Assembly (NCBI RefSeq): GCF_009914755.1
Contig: NC_060925.1
From: the human T2T-CHM13v2.0 reference genome, Homo sapiens
Length of the DNA stretch: 64,000 nucleotides
Strand: one strand, 5' to 3'
Shown here: positions 38,645 through 51,600 of the stretch, piece by piece
How positions within the stretch are numbered: position 1 is the first letter of the stretch
Layout of the letters: each line of letters begins with the position of its first letter
Program-made: the position numbers and the translations under genes
Notes under the pieces: generated by a model
The model's database searches: none
Told to the model about the DNA's origin: nothing
The model's input: only the letters and a program-made list of their open reading frames with translations

Positions 38645-39043
38645 TATGATGGTCATTTTTGTGTGTCAGCTTGGCTTGCCTATAGCTACATTATTTAATG
38701 AAACACTAATCTAAGTGTGGCTGTGAAGGTACATTGTAGATTGAAATCCATAATTAGTTCACTTTAAGTGAGGGAGATTATCCTAGATAATCTGGGTGGG
38801 CTTGAATCGGTTGGAAGCCCTCCAGAGCAGAGGTGGGGCTTCCTGAAAAAGAATAAATCCTACTTGTGGACAGCAGCTCCTACACATATCAAAGAGTTCC
38901 AGCCTTCCCTTCCTGATCATCTGCCTTACAGATTTCAGACAAGCTAGCCAGTCCCCACAATTACATAAGCCAGCTACTTGCAGTAAAGTGCTTCATGCAT
39001 ATCTCCTATTGCTTCTGTTTCCCTGCTTAAGTCTGACTGACAC
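38645..39043 (+). mobile_element. MLT2D-like ERVL LTR inserted in an L2 fragment
   Basis: gatggtcatttttgtgtgtcagcttggct...gattatcctagataatctgggtgggc...ttctgtttccctg...gactgacaca. Confidence 0.82.
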
Positions 39044-39562
39044 AGTGATCAGGCCATCAGACTACATAACCTGCCACTACGAGTTTGTGATCCTGAGCCA
39101 CATACACCTTGGACTAAGTGCCTTTTCTATGCCAGGCACTGTACTAGACATTATCCCATGTATTAGCTTAGTTATTCTTCCCAATTATAGGCTATTTAGA
39201 GATTACTGAGGAGAAAACTGAGGCTCAGAAACATTAAATAATTTACCTGATGTCAGGCAACTAGGAAGTTGCAGAGTTGGGATTCAAACTAATTCTGCCT
39301 AACCCCTACACTTGTTATTTTTCCACTACACCTCACAGCCTGGTGACCTTTTATTTCACTTAACTGGTGACCTCTTATTTCACTTAACTGAGTGTTAGTT
39401 TCCTTGTTTGTGAAAAGAGGATGACCCCTCAAGTTCATTCAACTATGAGATCTCAAGTTCATCCAACTATGAGATAGCAAAGTGGTGAGGTTTATATTAC
39501 TATGATAGCTGGGAGCCAGATTTCTCTTCAGAAGAGAGCAATCTGTTGAAACTATACTTTGA

Positions 39563-39856
39563 GGCCAGGCACAGTAGCTTACACCTGTAATCCCAGCACT
39601 TAGGGAGCCTGAGATTGTCAGATCACTTGAGCCCAAGAGCTTGAGACCAGCCACAGCAACATGGTGAAACCCCATCTCTACAAAAAATACAAAACATTAA
39701 CTGGGCATGGTGGCACATGCCTGCAGTCCCACCTACTTACTCAGGAGGATGAGGTGAGAGGATTTTCTGAGCCTGGGAGGTCGAGTCTGCAGTGAGCCAT
39801 AATAGCAGCACCACCATTGCACTTCGGCCTTGGAGACAAAATGAGACCCTGTCTTG
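39563..39856 (+). mobile_element. AluJ (tail expanded into a purine repeat)
   Basis: Dimeric Alu; TSD gaaactatactttga (39548-39562) / gaaaatatattttga (40163-40177). Confidence 0.9.
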
Positions 39857-40162
39857 AAGAAGAAGAATAAGAAGAAGAGGAGGAGGAGGAGGAGGGAGAA
39901 GGAGAAGGAGAAGGAGGAGGAGGAGGAGAAGGAGAAGGAGAAGGAGAAGAAGAAGAAGAAGAAGAAGAAGAAGAAGAAGAAGAAGAAGAAGAAGAAGAAG
40001 AAGAAGAAGAAGAAACAAAAGAAGAAGGAGAAGGAGGAGGAGCAGGAGGAGGAAGAGGAGGAGGAGGAAGATGGGGAGGAAGAGGAAGAGGAGGAGGAGG
40101 AGGAAGAGGAGGAGCAGGAAAAGGAGGAAGAGGAGGAGGAGGAGGAGGAGGAGGAGAGGAAA
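39857..40162 (+). repeat. (GAA)n/(GAG)n polypurine tract with about 23 pure GAA units at 39946-40014
   Basis: Directly visible; source of the poly-K/E and poly-L/F/S ORFs. Confidence 0.97.
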
Positions 40163-41065
40163 GAAAATATATTTTGATAACTGCTTATAGTAAGAAAGAG
40201 TCCTTTCTCCTTTTGTCCTGAAAACTGAGAATCAAATGACACCAGGCTGCTGAGGAAGGGGAGGCTACTCTGCAAGACAGAAGTGGGGAATTGGAGGCCT
40301 CAGAGACCAGGAGTGAGCAGTAGAGTGCAGAAGGAGAGGGAGAAGGAAGAAGCCACAGGATGGGACAAGTCCGTGTCCCTGATGGCAGCCTTCCCAGGAT
40401 CCTCAGTACAATCCACTGAAAACACAGCACTTAGTAAGAGTAATTTTTTTTGGTTGGGGGGAGACCTTTGAAAGATTTGAGTTTCTCTTTGTGATCAGCT
40501 TAGAGAGGATATAGGGATGCCATTCAACAAAGCTGGAATCCAAGAGGCAAAGGAAGCCAGGACAATGTAAACTCCATCTTGCCAAAAGTCTAGCGATCAG
40601 CTGTTTCAGAGATTAGTAAAATTCTTGGGAAAGCCTTTGAACTTTCATAGTCTGTGAAACTTGGGTCTTATTCCAAGTAATTTCATCCAGATTTCAAAAG
40701 ATATGGAAGCCCCAAAGCAACAGCTGGGTTTCACAAGTGACACGTGATCATTCCAAGGGGGAACTACATCCTTCATGCCAGAGCCAGCTCTCACCTGGGC
40801 TGGTGATGCCCCACTTGTCTGGGGATAGCATCTGCCCATGTATGAAACTCATGATCTTTTACAGATTGCATTTTGCCTCTTAGGGGGTGTGTGTAATCTT
40901 CTTAGGTAGGCTGAATATTCCTTGATGCATTTACATAACAATGAGACTTCCTGCTCCTTGGTAGACCCCATAATTTCCAACTTAAGCCTGGTGCATGGGC
41001 ATATGGAATCCTGTATCTCTTGGTTGACCTCTTTCCTTAGTCCCTTAAGAGAAGGATTAGAATCA

Positions 41066-41507
<442 letters not shown>

Positions 41508-41764
41508 CTAGATACCCTACTATTGTAGGCCCTACAGAAAATGCTTGCCCACTCCTGGGAAGTCAGCCAAGGCACTTGAGCAAACCTTTGACATGAGGAG
41601 CTGGGACCTTGTCAGTCCTGCAACTGAAAGGATCCCTGTCCATCCCCAAATGGCACAGTTGAAGAAAGCAAGCATCAGAAGGAAGTTACCTCAAGTGGTA
41701 TCTATGGGATCACCCTTCAACACTTCAAGAGAAATGAAAGTTCCCCCGTCTTTCATGTGCCCTG

Positions 41765-41827
41765 GGAGGACTATAGTAAAAAATACTTTAATTGTACATT
41801 TTAAAATAACTAAAAGAGTATAATTGG
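41765..41827 (+). mobile_element. L1MA-type 3' fragment, left half (interrupted by L1PA)
   Basis: gactatagt...ttaattgtacattttaaaataactaaaagagtataattgg; continues at 46902. Confidence 0.8.
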
Positions 41828-44800
41828 GCCTCACCCTGGTGCTAACACCACCACCAGCATGACCTCACACACAGTCACCAGTGGGGGGCCCTTGGCCTCT
41901 TGAGCCACGCTACGTCTGCCACTGCTGCAAATGCCCACACAGAGGCTGACATTCCAGCACCTGCTAGCACCCTGCCATAGCCAATGAGCATGCATCCTGT
42001 TGTGGCGCCACTGCTGCTGCTGCTGGTACATGCAAATGAGAGCAGATCCCACTGCCAATGCCCCACAAAATACTTTGGCTGGCACCACCCATCAGATTGT
42101 TGTGACCAGTGGTCCAGGAGCACCTCAGCCCCCCACAGTGCAGTGGGTTCTTAACCTTGAGGAGCCAGATAACAAAGTCAGAGCCCGATGTTAGTCTCTC
42201 AGAGTTAGAGCACAAAGTCAAACACACTCCAGGAGTTGGAAGCTGGGCCTTGGCCCCACAAAATCTTCCAGAAATGAAGTCAGTTGACTGAACCCACCTT
42301 ATACCACAACCAAAACCTCAAGGTCATCAAATAGGATAAAAATTTAAAAAAAAACTCATTCAAATGACAGAACTTTAAAGATTGAAGGAACATCAGCCCA
42401 CAAAGATGAGAAAGAACCGGTGTAAGATCTCTGACAACTGAAAAAGCCAGAGTGCATTCTTCTCTCCAAATGACCACACTATCTCTCCAGCAAGGGTTCT
42501 AAACCAGGCTGGGATGGCTAAAATGACAGAAATAGAATTCAGAATGTGGATAGGAATGAAGATTATCAAGATACAGAAGTACATTGAAACCCAAACCAAA
42601 GAAGTTAAGAATCACAATAAAACAATACAGAAGCTGTCAGACAAAATAACCAGTATAGAAAAGAACATAACCGACGTGAAAGAGGTGAAAGACACGCTAC
42701 GAGAATTTCATAATGCAATCACAAGTATTAATAGCAGAATAGATCAAACCAAGGAAAGAATCTTAGAGCTTGAAGTCTGGCTTTCTGAAATAAGACAATC
42801 AGACAAGAATAGAGAAAAATGAATGAAAAGGAATAAACAAAACCACCAAGAAAGATGGGATTATGTAAAGAGACCAAATGTATGACTCATTGGTGCCTCT
42901 GGAAAAGATGGGGAGAATGGAAGCAACTTGAGAAACATATCTCAGGATACTGCTCATGAGAATTTTCCCCAAATTAGCTAGAGAGACCAACATTCAAATT
43001 CGGGAAATACAGAGAACCCCAGTAGGATACTTCACAGAAATATCATCCCCAAGACACATAATCATCAGATTCTCTAAGGTCAAAATTAACGAAAAAATGT
43101 TAAAGGCATCTAGAGAGAAAGGTGAGGTCACCTACAAAGGGAAGCTCATCAGACTAACAGCAGACCTCTCAGTAGAAACAATATTAGACAGATCATTGAG
43201 GCAGAAAAATAATAAAAATATTCAGGACCTGAACTCAGCACTGGATCAAATGAACCTGACAGACATCTACAGAACTCTGCACCCAAAAACAACAGTATAT
43301 ACATTATTCTCATCACCACATGGCACATACTCTAAAATCAACCAGACAATTGGACATGAAACAATTCTCAGCAAATGCAAAACAACTGAAATCATAACAA
43401 CCACTCTCTTGGACCACAGCACAATAAAATTAGAAATCAAGAATAAAAGAATTGCTCAAAAGCATACAACTACATAGAAATTAAATAACCTGCTCCTGAA
43501 TGACTTTTGGGTAAATAATGAAATTAAGACAGAAATCTACAAGTTCTTTAAAACTTATGAAACAAAGATACAATATACCAGAGTCTCTGGGACACAGTTA
43601 AAGCAGTGTTAAGAGAGAAATTTATAGCATTAAATGCCTGCATCAAAAAGTTAGAAAGATTTCAATTTAACAACTTAACATCACAACTAAAAGAACTAGA
43701 GAATCACAAGCAAAACAACCCCAAAGCTAGCAGAAGACAAAAAATAACAAAAATCAGAGCTGAACAGAAGGAGATTGAGACATGAGAAACCATTCAAAAG
43801 ATCAGTGAATCTAGGAGCTGTTTTTTTTTAAAAAAAAAAAATTAATAAAATAGATAGACCACTAGCTAGACTAATAAAGAAAAAAAAGAGAGAAGATCCA
43901 AATAAACAGAATTAGAAACGATAAAGGGATATTGCTACTGAGCCAACAAAAATACAGATAACCATCAGAGAATATTATGAACATTTCTATGCATACAAAC
44001 TAGAAAAACTAGAAGAAATGGATAAATTTCTGGACATATGCACTCTCTCAAGACTGAACCAAGAAGAAATTGGATCCCTGAATACACCAATAACAAGCTT
44101 TGAAATTGAATCAGTAATAAATAGCCTACCAGGCAAAATAATTAAATAAATAAAAGCCCAGGACCAAATGGATTCATAGCTGTATTCTATCAGATGTACA
44201 AAGAAGAGCTGGTATCATTCCCACTGAAACTGAAAAAAGTGAGGAGAAGGGACTCCTCTGTAACTCATTCTATGAGGCCAGCATCATCCTGATACCAAAA
44301 TCTGGCAGAGACACAACAAAAAAAGTTAACTTCAGGCCAATATTCTTAAAATCCTCAGCAAAATACCAGCAAATCAAATCCAGCAGCACATCAAGAAGCT
44401 AAACCACTATGAACAAGTGGGCTTTATCCCTAGGATGCAAGGTTGGTTCAATATATACAAACCAACAAATGTGATTCATCCCCAAACCAAAACTAAAGAC
44501 AAAAACCACACGATTATCTCAATAGATGCAGAAAATGCTTTCGATAAAATTCAACACCCTTTATGTTAAAAAAAAAAAAAACTCTAAATAAAGTAGATAT
44601 TGAAGGAACATACCTCAAAATAATAAGAGCCATCTATGACAAACCCACAGCCAACAATGTACTGAATGGGAAAGAGCTGGAAGCATTCCCTTTGAAAACC
44701 AGCATAAGACAAGGATGCCCTCTCTAACCACTCCTATTCAACATAGTATTAGAAGTCCTGGCCAGAGCAAACAGGCAAGAGAAAGAAATAAAGGGCATCC

Positions 44801-46901
44801 AAATAGGAAGAGAGGAAGTCAAACTATCCCTGTTTACAGATGACACGATTCTAAATCTAGAAAACCCCATAGTCATGGCCCCAAAGCTCCTTAAACTGAT
44901 AAACAACTTCAGTGAACTCTTGGGATACAAAATCAACATAGAAAAATAACCATTATTCCTACACACAAACATCAGCCAAGCCAAGAGCCAAATCAGGAAC
45001 ACAATCCCATTCACAATTATCATAAAAATAACAAAATACCTAGGAATGCAGTGAACCAGGGAGGTGAAAGATCTCTGCAATGAAAACTACAAAACACTGC
45101 CCAAAGTAATCAGAGATGACAAAAACAAATGGAAAAACATTTCATGCTCATGGATCAGAAGAATCAATATTGTTAAAGTAGTCAAATTGCCCAAGGCAAT
45201 TTATACATTCAATGCTATTCCTATCAAACTACCAGTGACATTCTTCACACAACTAGAAAAAAAAACTATTTTAAAGGTTATATGGAACCAAAAAAGAGCC
45301 CCAATAGCCAAGGCAATACTTTTTTGTTTGTTCGTTTGCTCATTTTTGTTTTTTGAGATGGGCCAAGGCAACTCTAAGGAAAAAGAATAAAAAGCTGGAG
45401 GCATCACGCTATCTGACTTCAAACTATACTACAGGGCTATAGTAACCAAAACAACATGGTATTGTTTTGGTACCATGGTGTTTTGGTACTATACTGTTTG
45501 ACGTATATGTAATGTGGTACATATACACAGAACAGCATGATACAAAAACAGACACATAGACCAATGGAACAGAATAGAGAGCCCAGAAATAAGGCCACAC
45601 ACCTACAACCATCTAATCTTTGACAAAGCTGACAAAAGCAGGCAATAGGGAAAAGACCTCCTATTCAGTAAATGATACTGGGATGACTGGCTAGCCATAT
45701 GCAGAATACTGAAACTGGACCCCTTCCTTACACCATATACAAAAATCAACTCAAGATTGATTAAAGACTTAAATGTAAAATGCAAAACTATAAAAACCCT
45801 GGAAGACCACCTAGGCAATACCATTCTGGAAATAGGAACAGGCAAATATTTCAAGACAAAGACATCAAAAACAATTGCAACTAAAGCAAAAATTGGCAAA
45901 TGGGATCTAATTAAACTAAAGAGTTTCTGCACAGCAAAAGAAACTATCAATAGGTAAACAGACAACCTACAGAATGGGAGAACGTTTTTGCAAACTATGC
46001 ATCTGACAAAGGTCTACTATCCAGCATCTATAAGGGACTTAAACAAATTTACAAAAAACAAACAACCCCATTAAAAATTTGGCAAAGGACATGAACAATT
46101 ACTTTTCAAAAGGAGACATACATGTGACCAAAAAGCATATGGGAAAAAGCTCAACATCACTGATTATTAGAGAAATGCACATCAAAACCACAATATCATC
46201 TAACACCAGTCAGAATGGCTATTATTAAAAAGTCAAAAAATAACAGATGCTGGTGAGGTTGCAGAGAAAAGGAATGCTTATACACTGTTGGTGGGAGTGT
46301 AAATTAGTTCAACCCCTGTGGAAAGCAATGTGGTGATTTCTCAAAGAGCTAAAAACAGAACTATCATTTTACCCAGCAATCCCATTACTGGGTATATACT
46401 CGAAGGAATATAAATCGTGCTATCATAAAGACACATGGACATGTATGTTAATTGCAGCACTATTCACAAAAGCAAAGACATGGAATCAACCTAAATGCCC
46501 ATCAGTGGTAGACTGGATAAAGAAAATGTGATACATATACACCACAGAATACTATGGTATACAGCCGTAAAGAAGAATGAGATCATCTCCTTTGCAGGGA
46601 CGTGGATGGAGCTGGAGCCATTATCCTTAGCAAACTAACGCAGGAACAGAAAATCAAATAACACATGTTCTCACTTATAAGTGGGAGCTAAATGATGAGA
46701 GCACGTGGACAACAACATACGCTGTGGCCTACCAGAGGCTGGAGGGTAGAAGGAAGGAGAGGAGCAGGAAAAATAACTAATGGGTACTAGGCTTAATATC
46801 TGGGTGACAAAATAATCGGTAAAACAATCCCCCGTGATATGAGTTTACGTATATGAAAAACCTGCACATGTACCCCTGAACTTAAAATAAAAGTTAAAAA
46901 A
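41828..46901 (+). mobile_element. Old primate LINE-1 (L1PA13-16/L1PREC2-like), ~5.1 kb: partial 5' UTR, ORF1 and ORF2 remnants, 3' UTR; inactive
   Basis: ORF1-like peptides (FPKLARETNIQIREIQRTP, PRHIIIRFSKV); ORF2-like peptides ([40 protein letters not shown]); many stops and frameshifts; 3' UTR aaaaataactaatgggtactaggcttaata; 17-bp TSD at 41811-41827 / 46902-46918. Confidence 0.95.
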
Positions 46902-47088
46902 TAAAAGAATATAATTGGATTATTTGTAACATAAAGGATAAATGTTTGAGGTGACAGATATTCCATTTACCTCATGTTATTATTATCCATTGTATGCCTA
47001 TATCAAAATATCTCCTGTAACCCATAAATATATACACCTACTATGTACCCATGAAAATTAAAAATAGAAAATTATTTTTTTTAAAAAA
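46902..47088 (+). mobile_element. L1MA-type 3' fragment, right half
   Basis: tataattggattatttgtaacataaaggataaatgtttgaggtgac...cataaatatatacacctactatgtaccca. Confidence 0.88.
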
Positions 47089-48534
47089 GAGCCCTGGGTG
47101 GTCTCCTGGTCTGTTAGGGTGCCCAGCAGACCATGCTCTGGCAGAGGCCCTCCCCAGCATCTAACCTGTCCTCATCACTCCCCAGCTCTCTCTTTTAGGA
47201 AATGAAGAGAAACTGAACCTCTTGCCTTCTCCATGGTGAGGCCTGCTTGGGAGCCACTGAAGTGGCAGCATACCACACTGCCTGCACAGTAAAGCCCTGG
47301 CCTTTTTTCCTCCTGCCTGCTGTTATTTCTCTAGTAACTATGTTATATGCAGATGAGATCAAGAGAGTCAGAGAAAATCCACCTGTGAGGCCAGGAAGAG
47401 AAGGAGGAAAGGGCTCTAGGGAGGCAGGACTGGTCAGGCACAGACATAAACACATGGAACCTCTCCTTCCCCATCTCAGCTATGTGCCTTCTCCACAGTA
47501 ACAGAGTTAGGTGACAAAGCCTCCAAGCCACAGACCCTGCGCTTGGTTGCATAGACTTCTCTAATTATTGGGAGCCAGGCACAGGATCCTTCATCTCATC
47601 ACTGTGTTATTATTGTCTAGCAGTCCCCACTGAATGCCAAGGCAGGAGGACAAGAGGACAAGAGAGAAGGGGAAGGGACAGCTCTAGAGGGAAGATTCAT
47701 ACAGGGCCAATCTCAGGTCCACTTATTCCCTGCAACTGCTATTGGCTCAACCATGCCTACTCTGCCAGGGATGGCTGAGAGGGAGATGGAACTCAGGAGA
47801 CGTGGTTCAGACGTCCCTAACACATGATTTTCCACTCCAGGGAGAATGTTTCAATTATGTAAAGAATAGCTGTTGTCAACTACCTTGAATGATCTTGAAA
47901 GGTCCATTTACATAGTAGTTGTATATGATCAGGCTGACTACAAACAATTTTCACCTCTTGATTTAAGGAAGTCTCTTAAATGGGACCTTGGTTCACCTAC
48001 TTTGAGTTACAGGATCTCCTTGAAAATGAAAGAATGCATCATTCCTCTCTATAATTGGTACTTCTCACTTATCTGTCTGGCCCTCTTCTGCTCTTAATAG
48101 GGCACAGTGAGCTAGGCATTGTTGAATGGCTCTTGTGTCTTTCTCCTTCTTCTAAATTCAGTGGGCTGTTTCCTGTCCTCCTGGTTCCTCTGACTCCAGC
48201 CACTGGCCTTGTTAGGCCTGGCCTGGCTGCTACGGTGAGCTTGTTTCTGGGGCAAGAGCTGCTTCAGGCCTTGAGCCTGCATCTCCAGAATTCCTATACT
48301 CCACCTCTTGGCCTGCTCCTACCCCCAGTCCCTTTCTCTGTTTTCCTTTCTCTATCAGCCTCTGCCTTTTCCCTCCATTTCCATCTAACACTTCCTTGAT
48401 TCCTCAGATGCTTACCCCTCCTTTTCTTCCACACCACTCCCCTGTTCAGTGTGGTAGCTGACATGCTTTGAGTTTGCCTCTTCTCTCCTGGATTTGCAGC
48501 TCCAAGAAGACTTATCTTCTCCTCCTGATTCTTG

Positions 48535-48680
48535 TTACTTCTCAATGTTTGCTCCATGGATCAACAGCACCAGCACCACCCAGGAGCTTGTTGGAGATGC
48601 AGAATCTTAGGCCCCACACAGATCTATGAATCAGATTCCCAGGTGATCTGTATGCACATTAAAGATTAAGCACTCTGCTC
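48535..48680. mobile_element. MER5-family hAT-Charlie relic
   Basis: cagcaccacccaggagcttgttggagatgcagaatcttaggcccc...cccaggtgatctgtatgcacattaaag. Confidence 0.75.
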
Positions 48681-51600
48681 TAAACTAGAAGATGCATTCT
48701 AGTGCAGCCAACAACACCATGATTTCTTTTGCCCCCATTGTTTTTCTAGCACCAACTACTATGCCTGGCAAATAGTAGATGCTCAATAAATATTAACTGA
48801 ATGGGTGGAGCTCTCTGGGTTTTTCTCTATGACTTTGTGAGACACTGCCTCTTTCACACTGCCCTACACCACCCTTCCCCTTGCCCTCCCCCACTGCCTT
48901 TTTCTCCTCCTTCTCTGCCATCAGGGATAGGGTCAGACTGGTGTGTGGAAGAGAGGCTTGCTAAAGATGGATCTGAGACCCCAATAGAAGATGTCACCAG
49001 GCCATAGAATTTGCTCATGCAAGCTGTGGAGCAGAGCCCTGCACAGAACAGGAAAGGTATCATGTTCCCACTGCTGTCTTATTCACTCATCAGCCAGCAA
49101 GCCCCAGACATAATAAGACACTGTGAATTACTTGGAGGCTCAATACAATCATGTCTTTTAGAGATGACAAATTTTGGTTCCAAATAACTTAAAACCAGAG
49201 CTCTGGTTTGCTTCTGTATTCACCTTTTTGTTAATTAAATGCACATGTATGAAATGCTAGTGACAGGGTAGGAAAAGAAGAAGATAGAAAGAATAATAAG
49301 AATAAATTGTGCCCTCAAGGAGCTTATGAAAGACCAGGCAGTGAATCGTGAGGCGTTGAGTCCTAAGATACCTTAGTTGTTTCTGACAATTTTCTTTTAT
49401 CATAGTGCACCTCTCATGTGAATGACAAGGAAATCAAATTGAGCTCCTGCCCAGATTATACAAGGACCGAAGGACTGTCAAAGTATGATTTAAAAGGAAG
49501 AGGAAGGGAGAGAAAACTCGGAGATGGAAGCTGACCGCCTTGGCAAAGAGGAGGATGAAATGTAGAGATAAGGGAGAGGAGAGAGAAAAGAGAGAAAGAA
49601 CCAAGAAGAAAAAATGGCTTTTGCTGCCATGAAATTTGTGCAGTATAAACCTTTCGTATATATAGTAAAAACCCATCTACCTTGCAGTTATTTAGTAAGT
49701 GGATAAGAAACTCCAGGCTGTGAGCTTGCAGACTGTTTGTTCAGCCGCCATGGAAATGTCAAGGGTGGACACCTCTGATGAAGTCTGCTCCCAGGGGCTG
49801 CAGTGCCCTTACTCGCACCACATATTCTCCAGTGCTTTGTCTGGTGCCATTTAAACTATCTCAGGCAACAGTCCAAGTTCTGCAAGGACATGCCAGTTGA
49901 GAGCCCAATCTGCAGAACTCCTCCCAAGCAGCCTTCATTTTACTGGTCAGGGGCTAACAGTGCTTTCTCGTCCTGTGTAACCCTGAGGCAACCACCCACC
50001 CCACAACCCAATGGGCATGGGCAGATTTGGACAAAATCTACAAAGCCTGATCTCTTGGGGAGAAACATCAGGGGCCAGTCATCCTGACTGGGCCAAGAGG
50101 GGCAGCTGTGACAGAGGGCACGTTACTTGGCCTGGCTTCAATGGGAGCATGCCAGGCAGGGCAGCAGGCTCCTGCTGATTAGCACGTGCACTGGGTGAAA
50201 ATCTGACCAGAAGGCATAAAGCCAAAGATCAAGTGACTTTTGCCAGTTGAGACTGTGAATGCTTATTTCTGAGAGACTGAGGAAGGGCTGATTGCTTAAT
50301 TACAAGGTGGAAAGTAAAAAGAGAAACAGGAAGACAACAAACAGGGTTGGAATGTGAGAAGCTGAGGGTCATTGGACCTTCTCCCCGTGGTTTCCTGGAG
50401 CATTTACTATGCAGTCTGCTGCTGCCACACACCAAGCCCTTGGCAGACTTGCTCATAGCTACTGTTTCTCTGCCACACATGGAAGAGTTAGCCTAGTGGA
50501 CTTATCCTTCATACGGTCTTAGGACAGAGATGGGCTTATCCTAGAGTTGCAGCATGGGGACTCTAGGAAGACACGTGCCTCAGTCCAGGTTACAGAGGGG
50601 CTTAAGTCAGCAACACTTACTAGCAAGCTGCCTAACCTCATCAACTGCCATCAATAAAGTGGGGTAGTAACATATATGTCATGAAATTGTCAGTGGAATG
50701 AACTGCGATGGAAAATATAGCATGTCATTCCACACCCAGAACATAGCAAACATTAAGTGATGACTAGAACTACTTTATACTTGGTGATTATTTTGGAATG
50801 TAAGCATTCATAATCTCAAATGAAGAACATATTTGTAATTCTTAACATAAAAAATAATCAGAATTGAGTGACAATTCCTTCTTAGTTATTTGAGCGGTGC
50901 TTCTCAAACTTCTGTGAGCATAAAGATCACCCAGAGTGACTGTTAAAAATTCAGTCTACAGTTACCCTCCACAGCCCACCCCTGCCTACGACTATCTGAT
51001 ACAATATCTCTAAGAAGAGGCTTTGGCCACAGTTAATGGAAATGAGTGTTTGTGTGTCTGTCTATAAATTCCTTGAGGGAGGAAAGTGTATCTTCCTTTC
51101 TGTATCCCCAAGTCCCAGCCCAGCTCCTGGAACAGAGGAGGCACCTAGTAATATTGTTCTAATGTTCAGAATGCCCATTTGCCCTTGAGAATAGTATCTG
51201 GGGAAAATCTTAACACAGAACTACAGTTAGGATTAATTTTACATCTTATCCAGAGGATGGGTGCTGAGCCAGAGCACAATAACATGGCTAAACCCACTGA
51301 AAATATTTCGTGCCTTCTGACGGCAGCACCTAAGATAAGACAGAGGAGAAAGGGCTGCTTTGTGCATTCCCAGGAGCAGAGTTTACCGAGACAATGTAGT
51401 ACGTTTGCAGAAGGGAAAAAAGGGTAATTTTCCTAAGGCCAGGAAGGCAGGAAGAAAGGTGATCCAGAAAATATAGAAATGTGGAAGGAGTGAGAATTTC
51501 CTTTGTCTCCCACTCCAATTCCTGGTTTGTACTCCCTTCCATCAAAGGCATCAAGCCACTGAGCCTGCATCCAGCTCTGCCACTACCTAACTTTGCGGGC

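Noticed and set aside
39733-40275. ORFs of 93-180 aa with poly-K/E, poly-L, poly-F/S
   Set aside because: Translations of the GAA/GAG repeat and the adjacent Alu.
42514-45965. L1 ORF1/ORF2 peptides as functional CDS
   Set aside because: Multiple stops, frameshifts, an internal deletion and insertions; the element is inactive.
49309-49330. gccctcaaggagctta resembles the 5' arm of the miR-28/151/708 family
   Set aside because: Those miRNAs derive from L2; this is a lone L2 fragment with no complementary arm to form a hairpin.
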